Shown: one piece after another, positions 41,400 to 55,641 of the stretch
Numbering within the stretch: position 1 is the first letter of the stretch
How the letters are laid out: each line of letters starts with the position of its first letter
Notes under the pieces: model-generated
Told to the model about the DNA's origin: nothing
Seen by the model: the letters and a program-made list of their open reading frames with translations, nothing else
Database searches by the model: none
Program-made: the position numbers and the translations under genes
Assembly: GCA_015680685.1 (NCBI GenBank)
Contig: MNCI01002011.1
Span: 251,066-315,065 of the forward strand
Source of the DNA: Gnetum montanum
Taxonomy: Eukaryota; Plantae; Gnetophyta
DNA length: 64,000 bases
Direction: 5' to 3'

Positions 41400-43890
41400 T
41401 CTATATACTCAATAATAGTCTTTTTATCATAGATGATATTCATGTCATGGATTTTAATCTTTGTACTTCTGATGATAAGACCAATTAGTAATGGATACTA
41501 AAAGGTTTGAGCTTTGGTATGGTCAGACATTATGTCCCTACTAATGATATATCCAAATTCCAACTTTACTCCAATAAGTAAACCATAAGGAATCAAGGCC
41601 TATTGGAAGAGTAAATGATAATAACTCCCATCTTCTAGTATAAGATTATAATAAATGATGAGAGAATTGATTGATGAACTTACAATCATATTGGTTCTAA
41701 AAAACTTATGCTTCATTACAAAGCTAGGATCACCAAATAACTTGAAACATCCTACTATCAACATGGCCATGATAACATGGTGTAGATTTGCTTAGCCCAT
41801 GTAGTTAATAAAATCTCTTATTTTTATATCTTTATTCTTAAGCTCATCTTAGTGGACCAAGACAATACTATCCAAGATGGGTTGCAAATCAGGTATCTAT
41901 TATGTAATGGAACTAATCTTAGACTTGGCCATCTGGATTTCCTTTTCATTGATCTACTTATACATGTCCATCTGATCTCTAAAGTCTTCCTTGAGCCTTT
42001 TGTGCTTTTTAGTCTTATTTTTCCATGTTCTAATTTCAATAGCTAACTTCTTTCTAACTATGCATACTTCCTCCATTAATAGGATTCTATTTTCGTGGGT
42101 TAATTATCTCATGTCTAGATTGACTCTGGTAAGTTGTTCTTTCAGCTAATGAATTTTTCTTCAAGAATATTCTTCTATTTTCTTATATCTATCAATCTAA
42201 TATTTTCTGTAGTAATTTTCTTATTTTCTTCTTCTAATATAACATTAAATTTAGCATGGTTGTACATCTAAGCTTCTTCAATGGAAGCATTCCAAACTAC
42301 TTTTCATCAATTGATCTACTTGCTCACTTCTAAGTTAAGATAACTAACCTAGTGCCATGTGTCATGAAAGGTCCTACCTTTTAGCTTGTAATGCAACTTA
42401 TTTTTCTTGTAGTCTCTGCATTTTTTTCTCTATGTGTTGCATCCTTGTTTCTACCATGACCAATTTTTCTTTGTGGATATTAATTCTAACTACACTGTAG
42501 TGATATGCCTAAGGATATCAAAAATATTTTAGATGACTTTTCCTATCTACTGTAGTATCTCTAATGCATCTTTGTGCTATGTAGGGGGCATGAATTTCAT
42601 TCTCAATATTCCAACTAATGTTTGTACACCATTGGCAGAAGAAACATTTGCCAATGATAGAATAAGAACATTAAATGACTTCTTGATATGATTAGTAATT
42701 ATTGTTTCTACTCCTATTACATCTTTGTGCTACATTTCCACCACAGTGACTTTTTCTCTAATTTCTAACACCACTTAAAACAATGCATTATCCCTAGAGA
42801 TTTGTTGTGCCCAATCATCATTTCCTTTTTCCTACTACAACCTTGACCTCTAATGGGTCTTGTTGATACTATAAGTCTACTTTGATTATCTCTAACTCTA
42901 TACATACTAGACAATCCTTTACTACCACTAACTAATTCTTTCTACAGTCTATTGCAAATGACTCAGAGAAGGCCTATAATCAAGTTGTTATGCTAGTAGT
43001 GGACTTGGTTCTACTTGTTTTGTAGCTAGGATTGACCCATTGGATCCTACCTATTCTATTCTTATGATTAGAATGTTTGCAACTCATGTTGATCCTACTA
43101 CAACCTTAGTGCTACTTGTTTTCTACTTCATCCTTCTTAGGTGGCACTAGCTTTGAAATCTCTATGTATGATGCATTTTCAGAATTTTAGAGAACATCAT
43201 TTATGTAACCCAAAATTCTTGCTTATCTACATAATTTTTTGATAACACTAGGAAATAGAAGAGTGGGTTTCCCTATCTTCTTTTTCTCAAATCTCCTCTA
43301 AATTTATAGAAATAATAAGCGAGCCATGTTTTCCTAAAACTTTTCCATTAGTATGGCACTTCCTTTGGCAGCATAGGTAGAAATGTTTTTGAGCCTCTTA
43401 GTTGGAAAAATATCATACATCACAATCTTGAAATAAATCTTCTCTACAATAAATAATCCATTGTATTTTTTTTTTCAATAGTCCCATATGTTCTTTGCAA
43501 CCTTACATTCCTTACATTTCTCTTGAATCATGTAAAAATTTAGGCAATGTTGGCTTTGATGTTTAGTAAATTCAATGTCCTAGCAATAGCTTTGATTGAA
43601 TATGGCACCTTCACACCCTTAATCTTAATGATTACATCATCTTGTTTGTTTGTTATGCCAAAATTGATGGACTTTTCCTAAATACCATTCATCATTACTT
43701 GAAATGATGAGCTAGAGAGGTAAAACTTGAAGTTATTTGTGAACCTCTACAAGTGTCTACTCCATGAATGGACTAAAATTCAATTCCACTAGTATCATGG
43801 ACATGATAGACTTCTCTTGAATGACCTATAAGCACTCATTGGAGAGTGTGAGGCATTGTCGTTACTTTAGAGTAGGTGGAACATCAACTT
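41400..43890 (-). pseudogene. env-like/accessory ORF of element D (decayed)
   Basis: IKIKGVKVPYSIKAIARTLNL (~43570-43630) aligns with B IDICGVSVDFSTKAISKVLNL. The coiled-coil part aligns with B ~15190-15400. Confidence 0.65.
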
Positions 43891-46124
43891 CCACTTATGC
43901 AAATTTCCCTATTGATCAAAATCATTATACACAGTCGATCTTATTTAATTTGGATTTTAGAGTTTATAAAATTTGTCAATTCATAAAAAAACTCTAATTC
44001 AAAAAAAACATCAACGAAATAATTTTTTAACAATCAAAAATAATTTTCTCTTGAATTATCTATCACTATCTTTGATTCATTATTAAAAGTGTTAGAATGA
44101 TTAATTAAAAAATGTTAAGTTTAGTGACTTAGGTCTATTTAAAATATCATTATTATTTATAATAGTTACGCTTAACTAAACTTCTAGATGTTAAAAAAAT
44201 TCACATAATTCACAAAATTACATGCAATGTCCTTCCCCATGATTAAGATGCTCACTAAAGGAGCAAAAAGATTCAAGAATGAGTCAAACAAGATAAGTAA
44301 TGAGAAAAATATGGGGCTTAGAAGGTTCTCTAATAGGAAAACGGCTTGAACTTCCCTTGTGTAAAATGTCAAAAAAAAATTCTAACAATCAGTGCAAATA
44401 CATATATCTTTATATGAATGATATTGTAGATGCAACATCATTGATGTAATATTGTAAGAGATGTGATATCGTATCTACAATATTACCTTTGAAATTTTTA
44501 AATGTTTTACTAATTTTCATGAAAAAAATTAATGAAGTAAGTTTCCTAGAAGGTATTTAGATATTCTAAAGGGTTCTTGATCATAGATGATGTCTAGAAT
44601 ATGGAATTTTGATGTCAAAATGTTGTTTAAGGAGTTTGAACAAGGTAAATCAACTAGAGTTTAGAAGATGATGTGATCAAAAATTACTGTGAATGAGTAT
44701 TAGCATGTAGAGAAGTAATGATGCTTCTAAAATATCTAGGAGCTACAAGATGATGTAGAGTTGGTCATCAAATATGAAAAATAAGAGTTATAAAAGTGGA
44801 TCCCAAAGTAGGCTCCTATTCTTAATACCCTTGTATAACCACACCTACAAATATTCATGGACACTCAAGGAGTTGAATGTAAATCATACCTATCTTCTAA
44901 AACACACATGTTAGTATTGTTTCGATAAGAAAATAATACTATGATATACAAAACCATCAGATTCTAATTATATATAATAGTGAAGTGGAGTGATAGTCGC
45001 AGGGATTGCAAAAAATGAAACATGAGGTGTTTTACCATGAGCATAATGAATTATGTCTAATGTATGATTAAAGAAATCATTAGCCTATCCTTCCAAGATC
45101 CAAACTAAGTTCATACCACTTACCAATGACATCACATTATATTATCCCATAACTTAAGACCATAAGACAATCACAACTACAAGAAATATCAGTACTTGAT
45201 AATGAAGAACAAGGAAGCTATTTATTAATTAAGTATTTATTTTAAAGAAGACTTGGCCATTGGACAAAGTAGTGTGTGCACTCATGGGTAACATGAATTT
45301 CCAATGGAACCCCTAAGAATTTTTGCTGCATGTATTCAATTATGTGTTACACCATTAACCTTACTATAGGACTACCTTCAGTCATGGGTAACATCTTTTT
45401 CAAGTGACATAGCAAGGCAATACTTATTTTAGAACATGATTCCATTTTGTGTTAGAACAAAAGTAAATAATACAAGTTCATAGTATAATAAGACTCATGG
45501 TAGTAGCTTTAAAGAATCTACAAATCCCCTTGATGTCACACCCATTTCATTCCCCCTTGGTTCTTCACCTTTCCATCCATGCATAATGATCACAAGTTTA
45601 TTTTAGTTTTATTAACATGAAAATATCATTATGTCCTTGGTAAGAATCTCTTATTATTAGAAATGAGTGGATGGTTGATATGGTTTCACTATATATATAG
45701 TTATTCCTTCAATGATTTGATAACTTAGAGTGAAATTCTTATTATTTCAACTACATATTTCTTATTACTTGATACTTTATTAAGAAAATCAATAAAATTA
45801 TGTATTGTAAAAGAATCAAAGAGTTGTAATAATAAGAAAACATATAAAGAACTTGAAAGAGATTAAAGAATGAAGAAACTGATAAGAAATTGTGAAAAAT
45901 ATTAAAGAATAGAAAATATGTTAAAGAATGAAGGAAATATCAAAAATTCAAAAAAATAGTAAGAACTTTAGAAAAAATGAAAGAAAGAAATATACAAAAA
46001 GATTAATTAGTGCCTAAGAATAAGAGATTACACCATCATTACTACTGTTAAATGTAGAAACTCAAAAGATCGGATAGGAAGTAGTTTAGTTGGAACACAC
46101 AATAGAATTTCCTAATGATGAAAA

Positions 46125-48225
46125 GTCATGAAATAGTTTGACCTATTGAATATTAATAATGATTAATTTTTTTGGATTAGCTAGATGATAGATTTTTATG
46201 ACACCTAATTGGTATGTAACATAAACTATATAGGGTTCTTCCCATTAAGTCTGAAACTTAATCTTTTGACTAACATAATTTGGATTATAGTAAATGATAT
46301 TATCTCTAGACCTAATAGAAACTTCTCTAATGCTAGTGTCATATCAGCATTTAAAGTATTTCTCATGAATCTCGTTACATATTTGGACTACTAATTGATT
46401 CTTGCCTAATAAATTAAGATTTATTAATCATTCTATCTAGGCTAAGTCCATATCAAAGTTAAGTGTACAAGTTTTTATTAGGGTATTCATTTCTACCTAA
46501 ATTGACAAGGTAGGTAATTTTTCATAAACAAGTTCATGTGGAGAATACCCTATAGGAATTTTCCAAGTCGATTGATATGCCCCTAAAGCCTCATTAAACT
46601 TAGTTCTCTAATGCTTCCTATACCTACTAATAATTTTAGTTAATATGTATGTACTCTCTTTATTAGTAACTTTAGATTGTCCATTTTCTTAAGGATGATA
46701 AGGTGTAGTGGGTTTGTAATTCAACCCAAGACATTACATTAACTTCTTAAATGTAACTCTAGTAAAAGGAGTTCCATTATCTAAGATTAACGTTCTTGAT
46801 ACTCCAAACCTATTCACCACATGTTGTTGAAAGAATTTTGTAGCTTTTATGGCTATGTAATCTTTAACTACATCTTTCTCTACTCACTTAGTATAATAAT
46901 TAACCATCACAATAATATAGAACTTTTCATTTGACATTGGTGTAATAGATCCCATAAAATCAATTCCCAAATATCAAATGGCTCTAATGGTTGTATCCAT
47001 TTTTGTGGTTCTTCATTGCAAGCTATTAGCCCTCCATCTTTCTAACATCTTTTATAAGATTATGCAAATCAATGTGCATCCCTAAATATCATAGGCTAGA
47101 ACTAGACAATCATGAGAAGCTTTAGTGTTGTTATGCTTCTTACATAGTCATCACCACATGGTCCTTAATGTGTGTCTTGTAGGACTCTTCATTTATTTTC
47201 CTCTAGAACATACCATCAAATTACACCATCTACATAAATCTTATAAATATTTTCTTGAATTTTTATATATGGTTTTACTTTATGAAGAAAATTTCCTTTT
47301 TATTTATTTTCGATTTAGTAGAAAGTTCTTGTGTAGTTAGATAAGTCATATAATTAGTAATATATGACTTTGTTGCTGAATCTATAACCATTATTGGCTT
47401 TATAAATAAGATTTCATCAAAAAATTAATTTGACAATGGTCCCTCATTCTCTTGAGAATTCCATCTTAGTCTTGACAAGTAATCAGCTATAACATTTTTA
47501 GTTTCTTTTTTATCAATCATTGTGATGTCAAATTCTTGTAATATGAGAAGCCATCTAATCACTCTTGGAATAACTGATGTTTGATTCATTGAGAATCAAA
47601 TTGCACTATGGTTAGTATGAACATAGTTTGGTTACCTAAGCACATAATGTCTGAATTTCTCAAGCATATATACGATGATCATAAGCTCTTTTTTTGTAGT
47701 GGTATAGTTAAGTTATATCCCTATAATGCTTCTACTAGCACAATGTATGCAACATGGTCTCTTTTAATCATCTAATTAGGTTAACACTACTTCTAATGCA
47801 TAGTTTGAAGCATTAGCCATGATGTGGAAAGTTACTTGATTAATTTAGAATTCTAAGGATTTGAATCTCAACTAAATTTTGTTTTAGAAACTCAAATGTT
47901 TTTTCACGTTCTTCTAACCACTAAAATAGTGCATCTTTATTTGTCAATTCTATAAGTGGTTTTGCATTTTTTTAAAAATTCTTAATAAATCTTCAATAAT
48001 ACCCTATGTAATTAAGAAATGATCCAACATCCTTAACTATTTATGACATCTGGTTAATATTCTAGGTTACTCTAATGTTATCCTAGATTTACCTCTATTT
48101 TCTTGTGTGATACCTTCTATCCTAGAACTATGCCATTTTGGATTATTAAATGGCTCTTTTTCTAATTAAGTTTTATATTTATTTTAACACATCATTTTAG
48201 AACCTACTCTAAGAAGTTCAAAGCT
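46125..48225 (-). pseudogene. pol: pol of element D (RT end, RH, INT), decayed
   Basis: FHIMANASNYAL, WLLILQEFDITMIDKK, PFDIWGIDFMG-like (~46950-46980), TPYHP..NGQ (~46680-46710), QWEEPY-like. Confidence 0.85.
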
Positions 48226-51200
48226 TGAATGAGTCAATGTTGTAAAGCTTGTATAGATATCTTTTCATTGTAAATGAAAGAGAAGTTGGAGTCCTTATGT
48301 ATTTTTGATTTACGTTAGAAAGTAATCATGTTCTGTGAATGTGCTAGTGATCAATAGTTTACATATATTGATTGAGGAATAATTTGGGATGTCAAGGGAA
48401 GAAGCAATAAACTCTTAATTTTACCATTTGATTAATCACTCTATGGGCTATGTCGACGAGCATGCGTCAATGCAAATACGTCAACACAGTGTCTATCTTT
48501 GCCTATATAAATGCATGCATCCACTACATTTATGGCATGTTATGTCCATAGCATAGCTGAAGTCTTGCAATTTTGTTAACCTAGAGTTAGAATATTTTCT
48601 GAGCACTTGTAGTAGGATTTTAAGGATTGTATGATTCTTTATTCAAGCATTATGTGCCTGCACACATTGATGTGACTGACAATAAAGATGAGATTCTTGA
48701 CATTCCTTGCAACACTTGGAATAGATTAATATTTTCCTTTATGCACCTTATTACTTATGCATTTTTACATTAATGTCTTTGATTAAATAATTCGTTTAAT
48801 TACAACACATAAGTACGACCACTTAGAACATATCACTTAACACTTGGTAATCCCAGTAGTGGCTATTTGGTACACCCAACAGTAGGTACTTGGTAACCTA
48901 GTAGCATTAGAGAAAGTCTAGAATGTGAAAGGAAAGTGCGCTTGGATGCTTGTGCTAGGATAGCTAGATTAAGGCATTAGATAGTTAAGTAGTTAATCCT
49001 TAATTATTTCTCTTATTTTTCATTTAGATTAAATAAAATGAAATAACAATATAAATAAAAACCATGTGCCTTGGCTTACACTTAACCATACAATTGTGCT
49101 TACACAAGTGAAGCCAAGAAGACAATGATCACGTCTCTAAGTCATTATCTTTGCTCATTTGTGCATTTAGGAACCAAGGTCCATGGAATTTGACCAAATC
49201 ACTAGTGCAACATTTGTGATTCATATGGTTGAACGTAGGAACTACTTGCTGCTCATCATTGGCACTGTTACAAAGGACTTTATTTAGCTAAGTCCACTAC
49301 ATAGCAAAGATAGTAAAAACATTTAATGATGTTGTAAAGGAAAATAATGCTAAACTATTAAGATAAATACTAATAAAAAATGCATATTTTTTCTGAGGAA
49401 TAACTAATATGGCTTCCTCTCGTAGGAAAGATTTTCGACCACCATTCACAAGAGGATCCAATCAAAGGCAAGAAGGCTAAAAGACACAAGTGCCCCAACA
49501 GTTCAAAGTTTTCTATTTTCATCCAAATGCTTACACTCTAGATTTCACCATCCTACATTAGGATGAGCAACTACAATGGAGGGACATGGAGGGTAACATT
49601 GTGCTACCCCTTGACTGATCCATTCCCACAATTCTATTAAACAAGCTCATCAAGTTGGGCATTATCAGTCATAACATAGAGTACAAGGTTCAAGACCATG
49701 CCGATTGGAATTATCATCCCATAGAAGCCAAACAGAAGAAAGATCGACAAATGGAAGCTCGATATGAGGCTTTAAAATGCAAAATATTTCTTAGTCGCTT
49801 GTTTTTGTAGACCCACAAAGAAGGTAAGGACTTCTTTTCAAGTGCCTCTCAATAACCAAATTCTCCCCCTCTCTTTGATGGGGAGATCCTTAACCAACGA
49901 TTGTAGTCAACTATGGACAATTTTGGTGATAGGTGGAATGGGTCTAGAGATCATGAGGTCTTGAAAGATGGTATCCATGACCATTCATCTAGAGGTAGGA
50001 ACAATGACAAGTACCAACAGAAAGATAAACATGGTGATCAAGGTAGGAATTGAAGAAGAGGAGGTAGTAGGCACCATTCAAGTGTTGACTCTTATTTCTC
50101 TTTACCTTCATCATCATCCTCATCATCTTCCTCCTTGAACTTTGATAGGAGAAGCAAAGCTCAAAATCATGGAAGAAGTAGTAGAGACTGTGATGGGGAT
50201 GAATGGTAGGATAGGGACAATCGTAGATCCCACCAAGCCAACGGGGACCAAGGGCATAAGTAATAGTAGGGGATAAGTGTCATAGAGAACGAAGGCACAA
50301 CAGGACTCATCATAGGCATCATAGCCATAATAGGGACCATAGAGACCATTACAACCATAATGAACCTGTGGTAGCTACTAGGAATATGTTGAATATTTCA
50401 AAGATGGTTAGAATTCCCACCAACTTGAAGGATAACTACATTAAATGGCAAGATATCAACAATATCCATAGGTTTGAGGGGGATATAATTTAGATCCACA
50501 GAATCATTTGCAAGCCTTCCATGATGCTTATGCCTTGCAAAATGTGGAGAATGAATGGTAAAAGCTGAAACTATTCCCAAGGACACTCATAAAGGAAGCA
50601 GAAAGTTGGTACCAATCCTTGGAATCAAAATTTATTCAGCAATGGAGTACAATGTTGGAGCTGTTCAACAACAAATACCAAACATACTCAAGAGTGTTCA
50701 TTTTGAGGATGCAAATCTAGGGGTGGAACCAAGGTACTTAAGAGTCCTTGGATGCAACCATGGGCAAGTACTACTTTTTGTTGCACTAATGTCTAGGCCA
50801 TGGATACTCTCAGTGCGATCAACTACACCACACCATAGATGGGCTCAAAACTGAAATGAGAACCCTTGGGGTCTATGCCCAAGGAATACTTCCTAAGCTA
50901 AGGGTTCATTAGATTTAAAGGCTTATTGAGCAAGTGTCCAAAGAGGAAAAAGAACAAAAAAAATGGAAAAGTACAAAGAAATACAATAGAGACCCCTTCA
51001 TTCGTAAGAGGGAGGTCCATTTCTATGAGAATGAGGAGAATGCATCACTTGATGAAATCGTGCAGAGGAAAACCTTGCTAATCCAAAAATCTATTACTAA
51101 AATATTGAATAAGGTTGATAAGATGTGGGACTCCTTAGATAAAAAGTTCCAAACTACTCTAAATATTGTAGAGAAACGTAGAAATCAAGGTTGCAGTGGT

Positions 51201-51623
51201 CATGAATAAAGGAAGAAAAAGAAGATTGAAAGTGAATATTGCAAAGATAAGGATGGTAGTAGAGGAGGTTGCAAATTCAAAATATGATGATGAGGGATGT
51301 GACATCTGACAATATGAACATCCCAAGAGATGTTGCTCTGTATTGTCACACTTACAAGAATCTAGGATGTATGCTTTAAATCCTAGATTGGTAAAATAGC
51401 AAACACCCAAGAGGTTACCTTATCCACAAGGAAACTATCAGTAGCAATTCCACCAACAAGCTTACTATCTGCATGGAGCACCACCTTAACCTCAAGAGCA
51501 GTACCAGTAGTGGCAACATCCATAGTCGTGGGAGATGCCACCTCCTAGGTAGTAGTACCCTTATCACCAACTTGATCGCACAATGAACAATCCCAGAAAG
51601 CTCTCATAAACACTTATGGCTAT
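48226..51623 (+). mobile_element. Athila-like element E, 5' part (LTR ~48226-49258, PBS, gag 49409-51623), inserted in D pol and interrupted by Tat2
   Basis: LTR ends ..GCTCATCA at 49258, PBS TGGCACTGTTACAAAGGA at 49260, TATA at ~48503. gag KLKLFPRTLIKEAESWYQSL and CDI*QYEHPKRCC are collinear with A. Confidence 0.82.
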
Positions 51624-53444
51624 TGAAACACCATAAAATTTCAGCACCCTCATGCTTCAGCAGAGTATTGGAATTTGGCCAAGGACTTCCACAAGTGTAG
51701 CGTCATGATAGTTCAGCAGGAAAGTGTAGGCACTGAGGATAGATTTTCCAGTCTAGTAAGTTTTCTATCTCCAGGGTTGACAGGCCCGTTGGACTCTCTA
51801 GCCTACCCAACTAGACAATTGACCCATCTGACAGTCTACCTAGAGACCATGCTAGGAGTTTTTGAAAGTGTTTGGGATGAGAAAAATAGTTTGGCAAGTT
51901 TTCTAGTGAAGAAGTTTGCTACGCTGTGCAGCATAGCGAGCCTTGAAAGATAACCGCTCAAGCGTCTAAGTGAAAATTGACAAAATGATTGCAAGACAAG
52001 TCAGGATTCAACCAACACAAGGTGCTACGCTATGCAGCATAGCATAGTGTAGCAAAGGCAAAGCAAAAAATCCCATCTTGCGAAGTGATTCCAATAAGAA
52101 GACTACACTTTAGCAAGACTTCGACCTCCAAAACTAGTTACCCCACTTAGCCCTTAGGCCTTGAGCAAAGTTTCTTACTAGAAAATGGTGGATTGAACAA
52201 GGAAGCATGATACACTGGCTGCTATGCTATGCTACGCCACATAGTGTAGCATAGTGTAGCAACAATGCAAAAACAAAAAAAAAAGTGTTTCAAACATGAA
52301 TTCAGAAAGTCCGAAGGCTCGCCGGCATGAAGGATAAAAGTTGCAATTGTTTTCCTGACCAAGCCTCAGACAAATGCTCTTTGGCTCCTATACAAATTTC
52401 TGTCAAGGCCAGTGGCTACGCTATGTAGTGTAACACAATGTAGCAAGTAGCTACTTACGCTACGCTAATGTGCTCAATAGCGTGAGTAGTGCAACACTGC
52501 CACAGAAGCATCAAGATATCTTTGGGTAGCTCTAGAACTTGTTGGCAACAATCTTTCTCACTCTGGCATCTCCTTGGTAAAATTAGCAATTTTACTTCAT
52601 TTTGCACACCGCTGGTCAACTCCCAAAAAATTATTCCTAAGCTTGACCCTGCTTGTAAGAGCAGGGAAGACGTAGTCCTAAAGCATAGGCTCCATTTTGC
52701 TTACATTATTAGCACACTGGATTCTAGCATATGCAGTTTCAACAGTATGGTCACAGCGTAACAAAGTTCACATTCGACATCACACACCTACACAGTATGG
52801 ACATGTTAGCACCTTGTGGGGCCCAGGACACGTGGCATCCAGACCATGTTTCTCTCTTGCTCCTGGCCCTATAAATACCCCCACAAACAATGCTTAGGGT
52901 GTTGTCTTTTTGGTGCAGTTGGCTTTTGAATAGCATAGTTGGCATTTTTGAGCATTCTAGTTACCTTTGAGTTCCCTGGTTGGCTCCAAACATCCCTTTG
53001 TGAGTAGAGCATTTTGGCATCTTAGCAAAAAAAGTAGCAAGTAGAAGGCCTATGACTATACTGTTTGGTATAAGCAATGTCTCTCTAGTATGGCATAACT
53101 TTTTGTACACCTTTCAGCAAGGCAAAGGATCAAATTCACAACCTTTGGGGCGATGCACTCTCTCACCCAAATTTTTTTTGCTATTCACTCACTATCATTG
53201 TGTTTTGCTCTATTTTCAATACCTTTCATTTATTGATCATCGATTTATTTTTCACGCATCGTTTCTAAAACAAACGTTTACAAAAGGTTAAGATACACCT
53301 ATTAAGTCCTTTTTTGATCAACCAGACCGTTTAGGGCGCCCCATTTCCATTTCTCTCCAGCACTACCCTCGCACAGATCTAAGGTTACACTGTTCGCCCG
53401 GCAACCTCTCGGTGTTCCAGCCATAGATGTTTTTAATTGCTATA
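51624..53444 (+). repeat. 5' LTR of second Tat element 'Tat2' (~1.8 kb)
   Basis: Starts TGAAACACC. End matches the solo LTR terminus. GCTACGCT/AGCATAGC repeats, TATA CTATAAATA at ~52870. Followed by degenerate tRNA-Asn-type PBS TAGCATTAGAAGGAGGG at 53450-53466. Confidence 0.85.
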
Positions 53445-53639
53445 GGTTCTAGCATTAGAAGGAGGGCCTTTTTGCTACCATTTCTATGTTTTACGGGTAG
53501 TCCTGCATGCTCTCTATATCCCATCATCCACTAGCATAAACATGACATCCTTTTGTAGTTGTTTACACATTGTGTAATGCAGACTAGTCACTACGATGAT
53601 TCCTTTGGAACCTGGCAGGACGAAAAGCCTCCGATTGCC

Positions 53640-55310
53640 TATTAATATTCGTGTTTCTCGTTTGCGACTTCCTCTTTTATCACGCAAAATGATTCCGCCA
53701 ACAACCACTGTTTCCACCTTGAGCCTTGAGGCTCCTTTCTTGGCTCAAAGCACCATAGGTGCTGAGCAGCCACCTAGCCCAATGCTAGCGCCATGCCAGT
53801 CTCTTAGGATTTAACATCTGTCACTTGAATTCCTGGCATAAGACGCAAATTTTTACAACTTCCTCTACACAAAGATCCAGGCAAATCTGCCCCTGGATCG
53901 CCAAGAACTCGAGGACAAATACAACTTCGAGTTCCTTCATCAGAATGGGAGGGAATTTATCCCTACCCTTGATGTTACCATCCCCCTGACGGAAACGTAT
54001 CAGTGGTTCTTAGACTAGCTAATGCAAGTTAGTAAGTCTAGGGAACGAGATACGGTGTCTCATTATCACGAAGCATTCCAGGATAGACAGGAAGACCTAG
54101 ACTCCCAATTCAAGGGTGATGGCTAGACTTACCCTACGACCATCCCTCCCAGCACGGTCTTTAGGTCAAACCCACTTTTTATGTTAGCCCCCTTTATGAT
54201 TACCATGACACCACCGCAATCTACATTTTCATCAACCATGGGCAGTCATTCTGCACCCTCAGTGTACCAACATGCTCCTCCCTCAGTTTCATTCCCAGGC
54301 ACTCTCCCTCCTCATTCTATCCCATCCTCATACTAAGCGTCGATCATAGCTACATTGCCCTATGTGCACACCCTGTCTACTTCATAGTCGCATGGAGTCT
54401 CTACTCCTATTCCACTATCTACACCTATTCCACCATCAACGATAGGCCCAGCCCCAACCATGTGGTGGGCCCCAGCCACTTCACTCCCTATTTCGCAACC
54501 TTCCCAGATGTCACATTACCCTTACCACCAAGCATACCAGGTCTCGCAGATGTCACAACCAGGTGCGAGATTGTGGCCCATCCCATCACTCACGCAAATG
54601 ACTAACCATACAACACCACCAGCGGCCGCTGCTCCAACAGCACCACCCACTAGGTGGTGGACCTCACAGGTAACACCCTTAGCAAGGGTAGCCCCAATGG
54701 CACCCCCTATGAGCTAGGCTACTGTCTTTACTACACCACCAATGATGGTTGCCCTTACAACCCCACAATCGTCTACGTCGTCTCCGGGTCTGGATCAAGC
54801 GTTCCAACTTATCCAGATCCTCACTGAAGAGATTAAACATCTCAAAGCCGCCGGTTTCGACATAGTGAAGGTCATGGATTTCTACCATGACGACCCCATC
54901 AACCCAGCCATTCCCATGCTCACATTACCCCCTGGGATGCCACTTCCCCACTTCACAAAATACAATGGGGAGGGTGATCCTAACGCCCATTTAGTCATGT
55001 TTAGATCTGAATCTTTGTTGTTGCAGTAGTGGCCGCACACTATTATTCGCATCTTTGCTATGTCTCTAATGAGAAAATCTTTAGACTAGTACCGTGCACT
55101 TCCACATGCCTCCATCTCAACACTGGAGGAGCTGCTGACCCAGTTTGTGAACCGCTTCAAGTATAACTTGAAGCCTGAAGTCATGCTGGATTAGTTGATG
55201 GGCATTAAGCAAGACCTACTAGAGTCAATGCAAAAGTTTATACAATGATGGAGCGCTACCTTGAATGAGATCCGTGAGCCTATCATGGACACTCATTTGC
55301 TGGCTATCTT
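53640..55310 (+). pseudogene. gag: Tat2 gag (Pro-rich N-terminus plus Retrotrans_gag core), decayed
   Basis: LPHFTKYNGEGDPNAHLVMF..IRIFAMSL..SISTLEELLTQFVNRF..GIKQDLLESMQKFIQ. The start position is approximate. Confidence 0.8.
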
Positions 55311-55641
55311 CAAGGGGCCCAAGCTATACTGCCTAGCCCCATGCTTTCTCAGTCAGGCTTTCGCCCAAACGAAGAGCATCCAAGACATAGCCGAAGCCAA
55401 TAAAGACCCAACCTATGTGTTGGCGGTCGTTTGGGACGCGACCGCCAACGAGTGTCCTCGAACAGGATTTAGGTGCCTGCTGGTCTCTGGCAACACCAAG
55501 GCCCAGATACCTCTAAATAAACTCAGTAGTTAATGTGAGTATGTGTGTGTGCTGTTGCGACGTGTGGTTGTGAGAACTGTAATGATTGTGTTGCGTGTAA
55601 ACTACAAATGACTTACTTTAAAGAGATTCAGCCAACTTTGC

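Larger units (their letters stand above)
41147..48225 (-). mobile_element. Athila-like element D (pol, long spacer, env-like ORF); both ends disrupted
   Basis: pol remnants at 46125-48225. Spacer homologous to B 11000-12400. env-like ORF homologous to that of B. Confidence 0.8.

Noticed and set aside
52309-52345. GTCCGAAGGC as another Box-1 copy
   Set aside because: It matches only the first hairpin half and lacks the GAC-NNN-AAAC tail.
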